In this document: positions 1-10,358 of the stretch, in pieces
Layout: each line of letters begins with the position of its first letter
How positions within the stretch are numbered: the first letter of the stretch is position 1
Source: a virus
Virus genome (UHGV): UHGV-0176771
Reading direction: 5' to 3' (one strand)
Length of the DNA: 64,000 bases
Made by a program: the position numbers and the translations under genes
The notes under the pieces: model-generated
Told to the model about the DNA's origin: nothing
Databases searched by the model: none
What the model saw: the letters and a program-made list of their open reading frames with translations, nothing else

Positions 1-365
1 GTGTTTTCGTTTGGTGTAATTCCATATTGCTTACACTTCTCAGCACACCACTGCAAAGCGCGTTCCTCGTTCTGTTTAAAGGTATTTAAATCTCCCATAC
101 TCTGACAAACTTCGATACTCAGGTAATTTATATTGCCGTCTGTATTTCCGCAATGCCATGCACAGTTTGCATCATCCTCTACCTGCCTAACACCATCACT
201 GCCGCAATATGCGTGAGCGAACCCTTCTTCTTTGTTCTTACTACCATTTGCTAAAGAATTAGCCCAATAAGCAGCATTTAAAGAACTGCCACCTGCATCA
301 TTGTGAATAAAAATACCGACAGGATTTCTACCTCTCCTGCCGGCAACGCCTCCACATATACTCAT
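1..365 (-). CDS. Phage endolysin, N-acetylmuramoyl-L-alanine amidase (Amidase_2/PGRP fold). N-terminal part only; the C-terminus runs off the window at position 1
   Basis: Manual translation of the minus strand from the ATG at 365 gives MSICGGVAGRRGRNPVGIFIHNDAGGSS...CAWHCGNTDGNINYLSIEVCQSMG. The IFIHNDAG and AWHCGN..NYLSIEVC blocks mirror the T7-lysozyme/PGRP motifs (IFVHCSAT, GSHAKGYN..IGVCLVG). RBS GGAAGGTG sits upstream. The ORF is missing from the track because there is no stop inside the window. Confidence 0.8.
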   Translation of the reverse strand, partial: MSICGGVAGRRGRNPVGIFIHNDAGGSSLNAAYWANSLANGSKNKEEGFAHAYCGSDGVRQVEDDANCAWHCGNTDGNINYLSIEVCQSMGDLNTFKQNEERALQWCAEKCKQYGITPNEN

Positions 366-393
366 TCGGTTTCACCTTCCTTTATGTGAATAA

Positions 394-486
394 TTATTTT
401 TCTTCGGTATCGTTTTCCTGATTTTGTCTTAAAATTTCTTCAAGCTCTTCAATACTAATTGTTTCTAAATTTTTAATTTCTGACAT
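394..486 (-). CDS. Small hypothetical protein (30 aa, MSEIKNLETISIEELEEILRQNQENDTEEK) immediately upstream of the endolysin. Not hydrophobic, so not a holin
   Basis: ATG preceded by the strong SD AAAGGAGG. The ORF is below the track threshold. Coordinates are accurate to about 2 nt. Confidence 0.35.
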   Translation of the reverse strand: MSEIKNLETISIEELEEILRQNQENDTEEK

Positions 487-506
487 AATTTTGTCCTCCT
501 TTATAT

Positions 507-533
507 ATAAAAAAGGTAGTGCGGTTAAGCACT
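507..533 (-). terminator. Rho-independent terminator after the 559..1005 gene
   Basis: Hairpin AGTGC-GGTTAA-GCACT, followed on the minus strand by a T-run (plus strand ATAAAAAAGG). Confidence 0.6.
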
Positions 534-558
534 ATCCTCTGAGTTTGTTTGTTCATTG

Positions 559-1005
559 TTATTCTGAAGCCACTTTTCTCCAGATAGGTTCTCCGATTCC
601 AAACTCAGCCGGGTCATAAGTATTGTGGTCAATTCCACTTTCATAAATTTGACTATTTCGTTTCACCCGTTCCCCCTTCATGTAAATCCCAACGCCCCCT
701 ACTCCATGAGGGAGTCCGTTCCATTTCTGCCATTCTGGTACTTCTCCGCTTGGCTTCTTGTTTTCCAGCACGTCAAGCCGTGTTTTTATTCCTTCCATTT
801 CCGCACCTAATGCTAAGACTTGCTCTTTTAACTCAGGATATTCGTTCTCAATATCTCGGTTTACGATTGCTAAATCCATAAGTTCTTTGTATTCTTCCGT
901 TGTGAGTTGCTTTTTCAGTAAATACGCATTCAGCATATCCACACACTCGCTCATGGAATACTCTTTGTTTGCAATTCTAATTTTTAATTCTTCGTATAAG
1001 TTCAT
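559..1005 (-). CDS. Hypothetical phage protein (148 aa) between the fiber genes and the lysis gene
   Basis: ORF track. No recognisable motif; hydrophilic. Confidence 0.6.
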   Translation of the reverse strand: MNLYEELKIRIANKEYSMSECVDMLNAYLLKKQLTTEEYKELMDLAIVNRDIENEYPELKEQVLALGAEMEGIKTRLDVLENKKPSGEVPEWQKWNGLPHGVGGVGIYMKGERVKRNSQIYESGIDHNTYDPAEFGIGEPIWRKVASE

Positions 1006-1007
1006 CT

Positions 1008-3113
1008 TTACACCCTGCTTTCTAGCTCAAGCAATTTTGTTTGCATGGCATTGATTGTTTTTCCGAATTTGTTATCAATATAGTTTTTGGTATCTGCTGT
1101 ATAGGTTACTTTAATATCTGGGTCAAGCTCCCCTCCGTCCGCTGTGATGACTGTGGTAGGGTAGTAGGTTTTTAAGGCTCGGATAGCGTTTTGCTCGGAT
1201 TGTGGGAGGGGGACGAATTCTGGTTCTAATGACTGATATACTATTTCATATGGAGTTCCTTTTTCATATTCTTTTTTCAAATATGCTATATATGCCGCTT
1301 TTTTCTCTTGCATGGTAGCATCATCATTAACACCAAGCAAACTATTAAAAAACCGCATATGGATTTGATTTCCACCGTTAATTGTGAATCCATCCTTATT
1401 GTTACAGGCTTCAGACCAAATACCTTTCACTCGGGTTAGTCTGTCGCATACTGCTTCTAGTCCCATTTTACTCACATTGGTGATATACATATTTGTGCTA
1501 ATCCCTGAATAATATTGTGCTCCACCAAAGATATAATTTTCACTTCCTGTTACGGTATATTTTTTCGTTCCATACAACCATCCAATCTCTCCACCCTGTT
1601 CTACCAGTCTGTCCCACTTTGTGATTGGGCGGTCGGACGTGAGGGTGAGGGTTTGTTCTTTGTATGGCTCGTAAGGGGTTGCGGTGTTGCCTTTTTCTAG
1701 TTGGATATACTTATATTCATGTTTTCGATATGCTAAAACTTTTATATATACAACGTCTTTTTGTATCAAAAATGTTTTTACACCAACTTGGCCAAATCCA
1801 ATATACATATTCTTACCATCTTCGTAAAACAACTCTAAAGCAGCCGCGCCTGTTGAGTCTTCTACTTTTAATACTTCGATACTAAGTATTGTATTTGCAG
1901 GAATAAAGCAATCATATCTTTCTACATATTTGTCAATTATAAAAGTACCATCTTCATTTTTTTTAAAATTACAAGTATCAATAAACTTATTCATATCAAA
2001 TAAATTCTTCCCCGTAATTTTAACATCCACTTCATACTTCTGCGTTTCCTCATTCCACTTTCCAGAGTTTTTGATTTCCTGCGGATATTCTGGGCTTGGG
2101 GATGGTTTACCACCGGTGTATGGCTCGTAAGGTTTAGCGACGGAACCCTCGTTTATGATGATTCCACCAGCGTTTTGTATCATACTCTTAACTCTTTCGA
2201 GATTGTTATTGACTCCTAAGTAAATGTTTCCATCTTCTGGCGTCAATGTCTTATACTTGGAAATAGCCGCAGATCCGTGCGATAACCATGTTTTGTCACT
2301 ACCGTCCGGTTTTATCCCTACTGTCAGATATTCGCCATTTTTATTTGTATTTTTAGTAGATACTGTAACCGTACCGTTTACCGGAAATTTATAATAATAA
2401 AATCCGCTTCCTGATTGTGTTTTATCATAATTTTCGCTGTCAAAATCTAAAAGTAACTTTTCGTCAAATAGATTAACGCCGCTTGTCGTCACCTGTTCCG
2501 TCTTCCCACCAAGCTCCAGCCTCTCGAGCGTTCTCTCTGCACTATCAGGTATCACAAGAGGGCTTTCTCCACTCATGGTATTTATGATTGCAATTCCGTC
2601 TCCACCGCCACTCTGCACCTCTCCGGGTGCAACATTACCATCTTCTCCGATCACAAGAACTTTACCCTTGTTCTCGATTCCCTGCTGTTTATTCAGCTTA
2701 GTTTCCATTTGTGTCTGGAAATCTTCTGGTATGGACTGCAAGACTTTCTGTCCTTCATCACGCACAGCTTTGACCTGTTTTGTCCCCTCTGTGGCAATTC
2801 TATCAATTTGTTCTTGAGGGGAAGTTGTTATTTGATTCCAATGTCCATTTGTATATCTCCACAATATAGATGTTTCAATTACGAAATAAAAAGAATCAAT
2901 AGGTGCAAGTAAATCATTGCGCTGTTCTTCTGTTTCTATGGTTTGTATTTGCTCGTAAACCGTACGAACTCCACGATTATCTAATATAATCTTCTTTTTA
3001 TCGTAAACGAAAATAAGTTGTCCATCCTCAAGTGGAAGAGTGGGCAACTTGGATTCGACTGTAGAGTATGCCTTTAATATAGTTTTTGATTCAGCTTTTG
3101 CCATAATCAGCAC
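1008..3113 (-). CDS. Tail fiber / receptor-binding-like structural protein (701 aa)
   Basis: Large Gly/Thr/Asn-rich beta-type sequence at the distal end of the tail module. ORF track. Confidence 0.6.
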   Translation of the reverse strand: MLIMAKAESKTILKAYSTVESKLPTLPLEDGQLIFVYDKKKIILDNRGVRTVYEQIQTIETEEQRNDLLAPIDSFYFVIETSILWRYTNGHWNQITTSPQEQIDRIATEGTKQVKAVRDEGQKVLQSIPEDFQTQMETKLNKQQGIENKGKVLVIGEDGNVAPGEVQSGGGDGIAIINTMSGESPLVIPDSAERTLERLELGGKTEQVTTSGVNLFDEKLLLDFDSENYDKTQSGSGFYYYKFPVNGTVTVSTKNTNKNGEYLTVGIKPDGSDKTWLSHGSAAISKYKTLTPEDGNIYLGVNNNLERVKSMIQNAGGIIINEGSVAKPYEPYTGGKPSPSPEYPQEIKNSGKWNEETQKYEVDVKITGKNLFDMNKFIDTCNFKKNEDGTFIIDKYVERYDCFIPANTILSIEVLKVEDSTGAAALELFYEDGKNMYIGFGQVGVKTFLIQKDVVYIKVLAYRKHEYKYIQLEKGNTATPYEPYKEQTLTLTSDRPITKWDRLVEQGGEIGWLYGTKKYTVTGSENYIFGGAQYYSGISTNMYITNVSKMGLEAVCDRLTRVKGIWSEACNNKDGFTINGGNQIHMRFFNSLLGVNDDATMQEKKAAYIAYLKKEYEKGTPYEIVYQSLEPEFVPLPQSEQNAIRALKTYYPTTVITADGGELDPDIKVTYTADTKNYIDNKFGKTINAMQTKLLELESRV

Positions 3114-3138
3114 CTCCGATTCTTATATATTTTTATAG

Positions 3139-4473
3139 TTAAAATTCTGTAATAGTAAGCTTTTCATCTGTATAGGCTTTGCTTTGCTTAATAGCGTTGT
3201 TGATTTGGTCGGTTATATCTACTCCCCCTGATCCTACCGCACGTTTTACATAATCAACAACAGTACTAGACTCACCTAAATCGCCAACTTTTGTATTCAA
3301 GGCTTCATTAGCAGCCTGTGCAGCTTCAGACAGAATTCCAGGTTTTGCAGCAGAAATCTTAGAATCAACAGTTGCAGCATCTACTTTTGTATTGACATTA
3401 TCTTTGATAACTTTCAGTTTTCCGTCAATGTCAGTCTTTGTGTATGCATCCTCAATACCATATCCAGCTAATGTTGTGGCTTTGTCTGCTTTACCATCAA
3501 CAGTATTTTTAAGAGCATCTACTTTACTTTGTGCATCTGTAGATGCCTCATTCAGTAATTCAGTTTGAGTCTTAGTGTATGTATCAAGTTTATCCTTATT
3601 TGCATGTTCATGTGCTTTTGCGATTGCTTCATTCAGAGCAGAGATATTTACTTTGGAAGATTTGATAACCTTTCCGGTAGCACCGCTCATTACAACGATC
3701 TCGCCTTCAATAGCAGAAGTATCAGCACTCGTAACAGCACCGTCAATGTTAGACTGCAACACGATTCCATCAGCATTAGATGCAGATTCAACATTGTAAT
3801 CTTTTACGATAAGAATCAAATCACCGATTTCGCATTTCTGTCCAAGGTATGTTCCGGCAAGAGCAACAACATATTTCTGACCAGCTTTATATGCTTCCGA
3901 TGGGAATTGATGATCTTCGTCAATTACAATCGGAACTTCAGATTTTGCAGCATTAACGAGAGAATCTGCGTACTCTTTCGTTGCTAAATCTTTTCCTTCC
4001 AGTTTTACTGTTCCTGTAAAGTTAGCATTTGCAATGTTTGCTTTCAGGTTAATATCGCTTTCTAATTTCGTAATACGTTTCTGGAAATCAGTGATAGATG
4101 TAGATACATCTTCAAATACCTTAACCCATTTAGCACCATCCCAAATGTAACCAACATTTGTATCAATATAGATAACGCCCTGTTGCTGTCCGGATTCTGG
4201 TCTTGTTCCAACGATTACATACTGTTTCAGAGCAGACGGGTCTGCGCCAACAGCTTCAAGAGTACAGTTTCCGTTTTCTCCTTGTAGTACAAATGCTTTA
4301 TATTTACCATTTACCTTTGCTGTGATAATTTGTCCGGCGTAAGCATTTGGTTGCTTTGCATACGTTTCAGCTTCTCCTTGAGAACCCCATAATGAACGTG
4401 AATCAAGTGGAAGTGGATTCGCAGGAGCAAAAGCCTTCACAGCAACGAGCAAATTTTTAGAATCAATAGCCAT
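3139..4473 (-). CDS. Tail fiber protein with a C-terminal coiled coil (444 aa)
   Basis: ORF track. Contains an Ala/Lys-rich coiled-coil segment (KVDAATVDSKISAAKPG...). Confidence 0.55.
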   Translation of the reverse strand: MAIDSKNLLVAVKAFAPANPLPLDSRSLWGSQGEAETYAKQPNAYAGQIITAKVNGKYKAFVLQGENGNCTLEAVGADPSALKQYVIVGTRPESGQQQGVIYIDTNVGYIWDGAKWVKVFEDVSTSITDFQKRITKLESDINLKANIANANFTGTVKLEGKDLATKEYADSLVNAAKSEVPIVIDEDHQFPSEAYKAGQKYVVALAGTYLGQKCEIGDLILIVKDYNVESASNADGIVLQSNIDGAVTSADTSAIEGEIVVMSGATGKVIKSSKVNISALNEAIAKAHEHANKDKLDTYTKTQTELLNEASTDAQSKVDALKNTVDGKADKATTLAGYGIEDAYTKTDIDGKLKVIKDNVNTKVDAATVDSKISAAKPGILSEAAQAANEALNTKVGDLGESSTVVDYVKRAVGSGGVDITDQINNAIKQSKAYTDEKLTITEF

Positions 4474-4492
4474 AATTACAATCCTCCTTTAT

Positions 4493-5482
4493 TTAAATGG
4501 TTACTTTAAAAGTCATTCCAGCAGCAGCTGGCGTAGACATCCGGTAACTATATACTTTATATGATGTTTTTCCGTTTTCTCCACCTCTTGCATCAGCAAC
4601 GTCAACGAGTGTTTTTGTAAAGCTAGAAGCCATTCCGGTATCATTTGTTTCAACGTACATTACCTGATTAACGTCTCTTAAAGTTGCAGGGTATGCAAAA
4701 ATAATAAACTGCTGTCCTTGTGCAATATTAATGTTGAATGAAAGTCCATTGGAAGGATTTAACTGTTTGTTTGCCAAACCACGAACAGTTGCAGAATTTA
4801 ATTCTGGCAAATTTCCAACTCCAGTTCCATAAAACAGATTTCTTTTCCCGGTAATTGAATATCCACTAGATGCAACAGTTCCTGCCAGAATATGTCCATT
4901 TGGAGATGGATTGCCAAGGTTGTCGTTCTTGATAGCACCTTCTTTATAAGTAGCAGAAGCAGTAAATGTAACTGTCTCATCTCCAACAATGATTGCTTCT
5001 CCTGTATAATCAAGAGGAGATACTGTTCCCTCTTTCACACTTTGAGCACCCTTTTTAATAGAAATAGCTGTCAAATCACCTGCATCATTCTTATTAAATG
5101 TGGCTCTCAATTTTGGAGTAATGCTTGTTCCTGCTTCAACGTTGCCTGCCGCAGAACCAGCATTATTTGTAAGAGTTACTGTAGGCTTTGTATAAGTTGC
5201 AGGAATAGATTTCTGTGTAATCAGATTGAGCAATCCATCCATATCGATTTCTTTTGGAATGGTCTGCCCTGCTTTAAGAGCACCAAGGTCTGTTCCTTTC
5301 AGCGTGTACTCTTTAGATGATTTTGACTTCAGAAACTTTGTTTCTCCGTTTTTGTTAATAAAAGCAAGTTCATCAGTGTCGCTTGTGACAACGAAATCAT
5401 TTGCATCCAACTTTCCGGATGTTTTTGCTTCCTCAATCTTCCCTTTTTCACCTGTTGCAAATTTCACTTTTAAATCTGCCAT
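4493..5482 (-). CDS. Putative tail/baseplate structural protein (329 aa)
   Basis: ORF track; position in the fiber cluster. Confidence 0.5.
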   Translation of the reverse strand: MADLKVKFATGEKGKIEEAKTSGKLDANDFVVTSDTDELAFINKNGETKFLKSKSSKEYTLKGTDLGALKAGQTIPKEIDMDGLLNLITQKSIPATYTKPTVTLTNNAGSAAGNVEAGTSITPKLRATFNKNDAGDLTAISIKKGAQSVKEGTVSPLDYTGEAIIVGDETVTFTASATYKEGAIKNDNLGNPSPNGHILAGTVASSGYSITGKRNLFYGTGVGNLPELNSATVRGLANKQLNPSNGLSFNINIAQGQQFIIFAYPATLRDVNQVMYVETNDTGMASSFTKTLVDVADARGGENGKTSYKVYSYRMSTPAAAGMTFKVTI

Positions 5483-5507
5483 GAGTTGTACCTCCTTAAT
5501 TTTTCAT

Positions 5508-5541
5508 ATATAAAAAGACGATAGGAATTTCCCATCGTCTT
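5508..5541 (-). terminator. Rho-independent terminator after the 5546..6187 gene
   Basis: Hairpin AAGACGATAGG-AATTT-CCCATCGTCTT, then a T-run on the minus strand. Confidence 0.6.
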
Positions 5542-5545
5542 ATTT

Positions 5546-6187
5546 CTAAAATTCTACAATTTCAAATGAACAACCTCCACCAGTTCCGCCACCAGAATCA
5601 TCTTTTGTAACAACAATTTTGTCTCCGATTGGAATTTTGTTTGATAAAAGTTGTATTTCATTACCATTTTCAATTTTGATATTATCTGCTTTTGTTTTGT
5701 CATAAGCATCGGCTACTTTATCCAATGCTTCAATTTTATTTTGTAAATTAGAAACAATCTGATCTACAAATTCTAGTGACTCATCTGGCACAAAAGCGTA
5801 ATAGTCTTTTAAAGGACTGATATTAATAATCAGTTCTCCAGTATGCACTACATACGTTTTTCTCACTTCCATATCATTCTTTTGCAATGTAATTCTAATT
5901 GCAATATCTCCTGCGTATTGAGTAAGATTGGTGTCTACAGGAAGTACATAACGAATATGTTCTTTATATAAGTCTTTATCCTTTGGTAGAATTTCTGCAT
6001 GTGGAACATTTGCTTGATCCACGTATTTTAATGTGGCAGTAAATTCACTCAAGTCCAATTCTCCATAATTCGGAGGAATTAAAATTTGAATTTTATCTGC
6101 TAATTTTTCTCTCTGATATAGTGTTGTGACGACAGTAGCAGTGAGAGATTTGTCGTCATTCATAATTATTGTGTAAATTGTTATCAC
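5546..6187 (-). CDS. Hypothetical structural protein (213 aa)
   Basis: ORF track. Confidence 0.5.
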   Translation of the reverse strand: MITIYTIIMNDDKSLTATVVTTLYQREKLADKIQILIPPNYGELDLSEFTATLKYVDQANVPHAEILPKDKDLYKEHIRYVLPVDTNLTQYAGDIAIRITLQKNDMEVRKTYVVHTGELIINISPLKDYYAFVPDESLEFVDQIVSNLQNKIEALDKVADAYDKTKADNIKIENGNEIQLLSNKIPIGDKIVVTKDDSGGGTGGGCSFEIVEF

Positions 6188-6192
6188 CTCGA

Positions 6193-6222
6193 TTCAAAAA
6201 AAGACAGCGAGAGCCGTCTGTC
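6193..6222 (-). terminator. Rho-independent terminator after the 6239..8554 gene
   Basis: Hairpin GACAGCGAGAGCCGTCTGTC, followed by TTTTTTTGAA on the minus strand. Confidence 0.55.
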
Positions 6223-6238
6223 AAATGAGCTATATGTT

Positions 6239-8554
6239 TTAAGAAGTCCTATATGAAAATGTTACATATCGTTCTAAGAATCCTGTGTTATCCGTAACAA
6301 AACTAAATTTACCATTAGGGCTTAATTGAATTCTAGTACATCCTGCAGGATTACCATTTGACGCATTAAGAGTTGTGGCAAAAACACTGTCATAAGGTCT
6401 GAAATTAGACGGTACAGTTATTTCCGAAATAGTTCCAGACTGATTTCCTACACTTCCAATCCATTTTATGTCACAAACAACATGAGTTGCTATTTTAGAT
6501 AACTTAACATACATATCGTGTCCCCAAGGAGCACCATGTAAATCTTGTGTTTCTGCACGTATTACATTGTTAATCTGTTCTTTCAAAACTCGTCCTTGAT
6601 TTGCACTTAAAGGAACCGTCGATGAGCTGGAAGTTAAATTATCAACAATATCAGACCGGTCTATCTTTCCATTAAGTTTTGACAATATTTGTGAATTGTT
6701 TTTTTCAATCGTGTTAAGTTTTGTGCTCATAGACTCCAAAGATTCTGCAACAAATACCTCTTCGTCATCGCTATTTCTGTTTATCATGATGTCGCCGTCA
6801 ATCTGCAATTTTGCCCGATCTGTCTGATTGAAATCAGGAACACGATTTATAGCAACCGTACCATCTTCATATACAGACAATGGTGCAACACCTTGAGACA
6901 AAGACGGGTTGATTATTACTTCAGAAAACCTGTCTTTAAACTTAAATTGGAAATCATAAGATTCTCCCTTTTCTAATGTTAAAAAATTAGAATCTGCTAT
7001 TCTTTTCTTATAATCACTTCCATCAATTCCGCCATCTTGAATATTAGTTATGGCAGTCCATGATGAAGGCATACTTGTTCCAGTTCTACAATATCTATAA
7101 TAAGCAGTAAAAGATGTGTTATATCCACTTACCCTAGAGATATTACAAATAACATTTAAGCTGACTTCCTTTTCAAAATTCCCTTGCCTTTTCAACTCAA
7201 ATGTAGTAGCAAGCGGAACATGATAATCAATTACTTCAAAAGCATTTTGTTTCGTTACAGGTGAAGAAGATATTCCACGAGCATCTACCGCATAAATAGA
7301 TATAGAATATCTTCCATATTCAGTAATCGCACCAAGATCAATCAATACCTCGGATTGGGATTCTTGTGCTTCATATGTTCTGCTAAAACTATTATTATTG
7401 CCACCGGAAATAGTGCATACGTATTTACTAATTGTAGAAACAGAAGAGTATGCTTTATTTGATATAGATATTTGAACTTGCATACCTTCTACATTAGCTA
7501 GTGTTTTATTCCGTCCAAGAATACCTGAAATTGTACTGTTTTTATTACTGTATGAATAATTGGAAAATGTAGGGGCTGTTCCGGACAAATTTAATTTCAT
7601 TGTGGCTGAGTAGTCCTGATAAGGAGTTTCTGCACCATTAATATATAGACTTTGGGAAATAATAATTGTTACCCAATCCCTTGATCCGGCAAGTTGATAA
7701 ATTTTATTTTTCTGAGTAGACGTGAGAGTTATGCTCGTTGAACTGCTTTGTATGTTTGATTTTTGAGTAATGAGATTATTACTGTTTTTAGAATTGGCAT
7801 AAATATAAACACTAGATGCTGGAGTAGCTCCAGTAAAATATAAATTTATCGGAGAGTCTATATTAAGATTAAAATTACCTGTAATAGAAGGATATCCGAC
7901 AGTATGGTCTATATAACCACTGTTTGTCCATAAGTTTGTTCCAGTTTTTTTGACACGAATTTGAAATCTATAATTCCTGTTTGGTGTGACTGTATATGTG
8001 ATTGATCCAGATTTTCCAGAAACAGAGAATTCTTTAAGCTTTGTGTCTCCGTCGTATAAGTGTAGTGCGTCAATATTATCAGATGTAGACCAATTAAACC
8101 CAACAGTCGTTCCAGATGTACTTCCGTTCTTTTCAAATTGAGTGATTTGTACATTTCTATCAATATGCTTTCCAAAATATGCATTACGAATTTTACCAGT
8201 TCCACCTAATTCAGCAGCTGTTGGAGACACCGATGTTCCAAAGTACATATCGCCAAACATTGTAAAACTAAGATCGCCATTTACATCATGAGGAATATCT
8301 GTGAATGTTTTTCGCCCAATTTCAACCCATACATTTTGACCAACGTTAAGGTCAAAAGTCCAAGTAACATTTCCTGTATTATATCCGGTTCCCTCTATCG
8401 CAATTCTATACCATGCGCTCCCTTCGCGGTTATATCCCCAATAAGGATAATCGGTTCTTCTAAAATACAGAGCGATTGTTATGTTGGATGTATTTTTAGC
8501 CGCATTTACAGTTTCGTTAATAACATCAATTCTTTTTTCATATCTTCCTGCCAA
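6239..8554 (-). CDS. Large tail structural protein (771 aa), likely repeat beta-sandwich (FN3-like) fiber or host-specificity protein
   Basis: ORF track; Ser/Thr/Asn/Tyr-rich repeats. Confidence 0.55.
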   Translation of the reverse strand: MAGRYEKRIDVINETVNAAKNTSNITIALYFRRTDYPYWGYNREGSAWYRIAIEGTGYNTGNVTWTFDLNVGQNVWVEIGRKTFTDIPHDVNGDLSFTMFGDMYFGTSVSPTAAELGGTGKIRNAYFGKHIDRNVQITQFEKNGSTSGTTVGFNWSTSDNIDALHLYDGDTKLKEFSVSGKSGSITYTVTPNRNYRFQIRVKKTGTNLWTNSGYIDHTVGYPSITGNFNLNIDSPINLYFTGATPASSVYIYANSKNSNNLITQKSNIQSSSTSITLTSTQKNKIYQLAGSRDWVTIIISQSLYINGAETPYQDYSATMKLNLSGTAPTFSNYSYSNKNSTISGILGRNKTLANVEGMQVQISISNKAYSSVSTISKYVCTISGGNNNSFSRTYEAQESQSEVLIDLGAITEYGRYSISIYAVDARGISSSPVTKQNAFEVIDYHVPLATTFELKRQGNFEKEVSLNVICNISRVSGYNTSFTAYYRYCRTGTSMPSSWTAITNIQDGGIDGSDYKKRIADSNFLTLEKGESYDFQFKFKDRFSEVIINPSLSQGVAPLSVYEDGTVAINRVPDFNQTDRAKLQIDGDIMINRNSDDEEVFVAESLESMSTKLNTIEKNNSQILSKLNGKIDRSDIVDNLTSSSSTVPLSANQGRVLKEQINNVIRAETQDLHGAPWGHDMYVKLSKIATHVVCDIKWIGSVGNQSGTISEITVPSNFRPYDSVFATTLNASNGNPAGCTRIQLSPNGKFSFVTDNTGFLERYVTFSYRTS

Positions 8555-8577
8555 ACTTTATCGCCCTCCAATCTATA

Positions 8578-8610
8578 TAAAAAGGTGTCATTCTGTACAT
8601 GACACCTTAA
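8578..8610 (-). terminator. Rho-independent terminator after the 8621..10345 gene
   Basis: Hairpin AGGTGTCAT-TCTGTAC-ATGACACCT, then TTTTTATATAG on the minus strand. Confidence 0.6.
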
Positions 8611-8620
8611 ACCTTTTTTA

Positions 8621-10345
8621 TTAACTAGAACCACCTGTTTTTACAAATGCGATTCCATTTCGTGTAATACTATTACTATCTTGTACTGTCAAAGGAATCA
8701 TTTTTAGTGTAGGTAACTCAACACCTCTGTCTGCATAAACACGTGATGTTTTTGTTGCATCTTCCTGCATCCAGAAAACTTTATTCCCGTTAAACCATCC
8801 TTCAAAACCTTGCGTGTTCATTTTAGTACTTCGCGAAGTTCCTGGATTCAGTACTTCAATTCCATCTCCGTTGATATTAACGTTTAACTGTTTTACAGAT
8901 GTCCCATCTTTAAACATTCCATACTTTTTAAAAACACCTTGCCACCCAGAAGCAGATTGCTGAATTGCAGATGATATTTTCTGATTTGTTTCTTCGTCAA
9001 TTCCTTCAATAATACCTGTAATCTTGCCGAGTTCAACATTGAACGATGTGTTCAGCGAATCAATTGCATTATTTAATGCTGATTTTGCATTTTCTAAATC
9101 CTGTGATATCCTCTGTATATTGACGTTAAAACCATTTGCACTTTCATTGATTTCTGTTTTTAGATTTTCCTCAACATTTTGAATCGTGGTGGTGATCCCG
9201 TCTATCTTTTGTTGAACGGAAGAGAAAGTGTCGTTAATAGAAGTATCATTAATATAATGTGTCTTCCCATTTGGTGTTTCCTTATATCCACCACTTTGTT
9301 GATACCTAGAGTCATATAATGTGAACCACACTTTACCATCGGATGATACCTGCAATCTGTGATTAAATATCTTTGATACACTGGATGGATCACTGGTCAA
9401 TGGATACTCATGCCATACCGTAATATAGTCAACATCATTTCTAACTTGTCCAAGATCTAATTGTAAGCATTTCCATCCAGATGTTGATTCAATATATTTT
9501 GATGTATCTCCATCTGTGTATCTTTCAAGATAAGACACAGATACATTATTCTCTTCTTCGTTCTTACAAACAGGAATAATACCAGAAGCAATATTTTCAT
9601 TGTTTGACATAACATTGATTTCAGCCCATCTATTTTGCGTGTCTAAATTACTTCCATTCAACCAGTCTCTAATATATCGGATAGCAGTTGCATGATTCTT
9701 TCCTACTGTATGAACAATCTCATCAGATTGCAATTTAATTTGAGCTGAAAGTTCTTTTTTTGCATCATTGACTTGTTGTGTAATTTGTTCTGGAATTTGT
9801 GTGATTTGAGATGAATGAAGAGTTGTTGTTCCTTCTACACTTTCTACTCTACTTGTGATATTATCTGCACGAATTGATAATTCAGCTAATTGACCTTGCA
9901 AATTTCCAACAGTGAGATCAATTCTTTCTGCTGTTTGTTTTATTTCTGATTTAAGACCTATGATATCTTCGATATTATCTTCTGGGGCAGGAGTCCACGA
10001 TGTATCCACGCTTCCTCGCGCCAGATATGCCTCGTAATAATATGTTGTACTATTTACTGGAGGTGTAATGTCTATATTTTTATTGGATAAATCTGTTACT
10101 TTTTTTACCTTTACGACCTTTGTCCATTGAGAACTAGATTCAGATGTTACAGTTTCCCCAAGTATGTCAAACGATATTGTACATGGCGTATCGGTTCTAT
10201 GCCATATAACAAACACGTAAGTATCTGGTTCCGTAATCAGATTTGGAAGACGATAACTGTCTTCCGCAGAATCTATTGTTAGTTTTAAAACGTCGTCTTC
10301 GATTCCATAAGGATTAGCTCTTTTTATTGTTTCAAAAGATGACAA
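8621..10345 (-). CDS. Tail fiber / baseplate protein with a central coiled coil (574 aa)
   Basis: ORF track; heptad-rich segment (LQGQLAELSIRADNITSRVESVEG...). Confidence 0.55.
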   Translation of the reverse strand: MSSFETIKRANPYGIEDDVLKLTIDSAEDSYRLPNLITEPDTYVFVIWHRTDTPCTISFDILGETVTSESSSQWTKVVKVKKVTDLSNKNIDITPPVNSTTYYYEAYLARGSVDTSWTPAPEDNIEDIIGLKSEIKQTAERIDLTVGNLQGQLAELSIRADNITSRVESVEGTTTLHSSQITQIPEQITQQVNDAKKELSAQIKLQSDEIVHTVGKNHATAIRYIRDWLNGSNLDTQNRWAEINVMSNNENIASGIIPVCKNEEENNVSVSYLERYTDGDTSKYIESTSGWKCLQLDLGQVRNDVDYITVWHEYPLTSDPSSVSKIFNHRLQVSSDGKVWFTLYDSRYQQSGGYKETPNGKTHYINDTSINDTFSSVQQKIDGITTTIQNVEENLKTEINESANGFNVNIQRISQDLENAKSALNNAIDSLNTSFNVELGKITGIIEGIDEETNQKISSAIQQSASGWQGVFKKYGMFKDGTSVKQLNVNINGDGIEVLNPGTSRSTKMNTQGFEGWFNGNKVFWMQEDATKTSRVYADRGVELPTLKMIPLTVQDSNSITRNGIAFVKTGGSS

Positions 10346-10358
10346 TACATCACATCCT

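Noticed and set aside
394-1005. Holin expected immediately upstream of the endolysin
   Set aside because: Neither the 30-aa nor the 148-aa ORF adjacent to the lysin has a transmembrane segment. The only holin-like protein is at 39602..39871. A holin downstream of the lysin, beyond the window edge, cannot be excluded.
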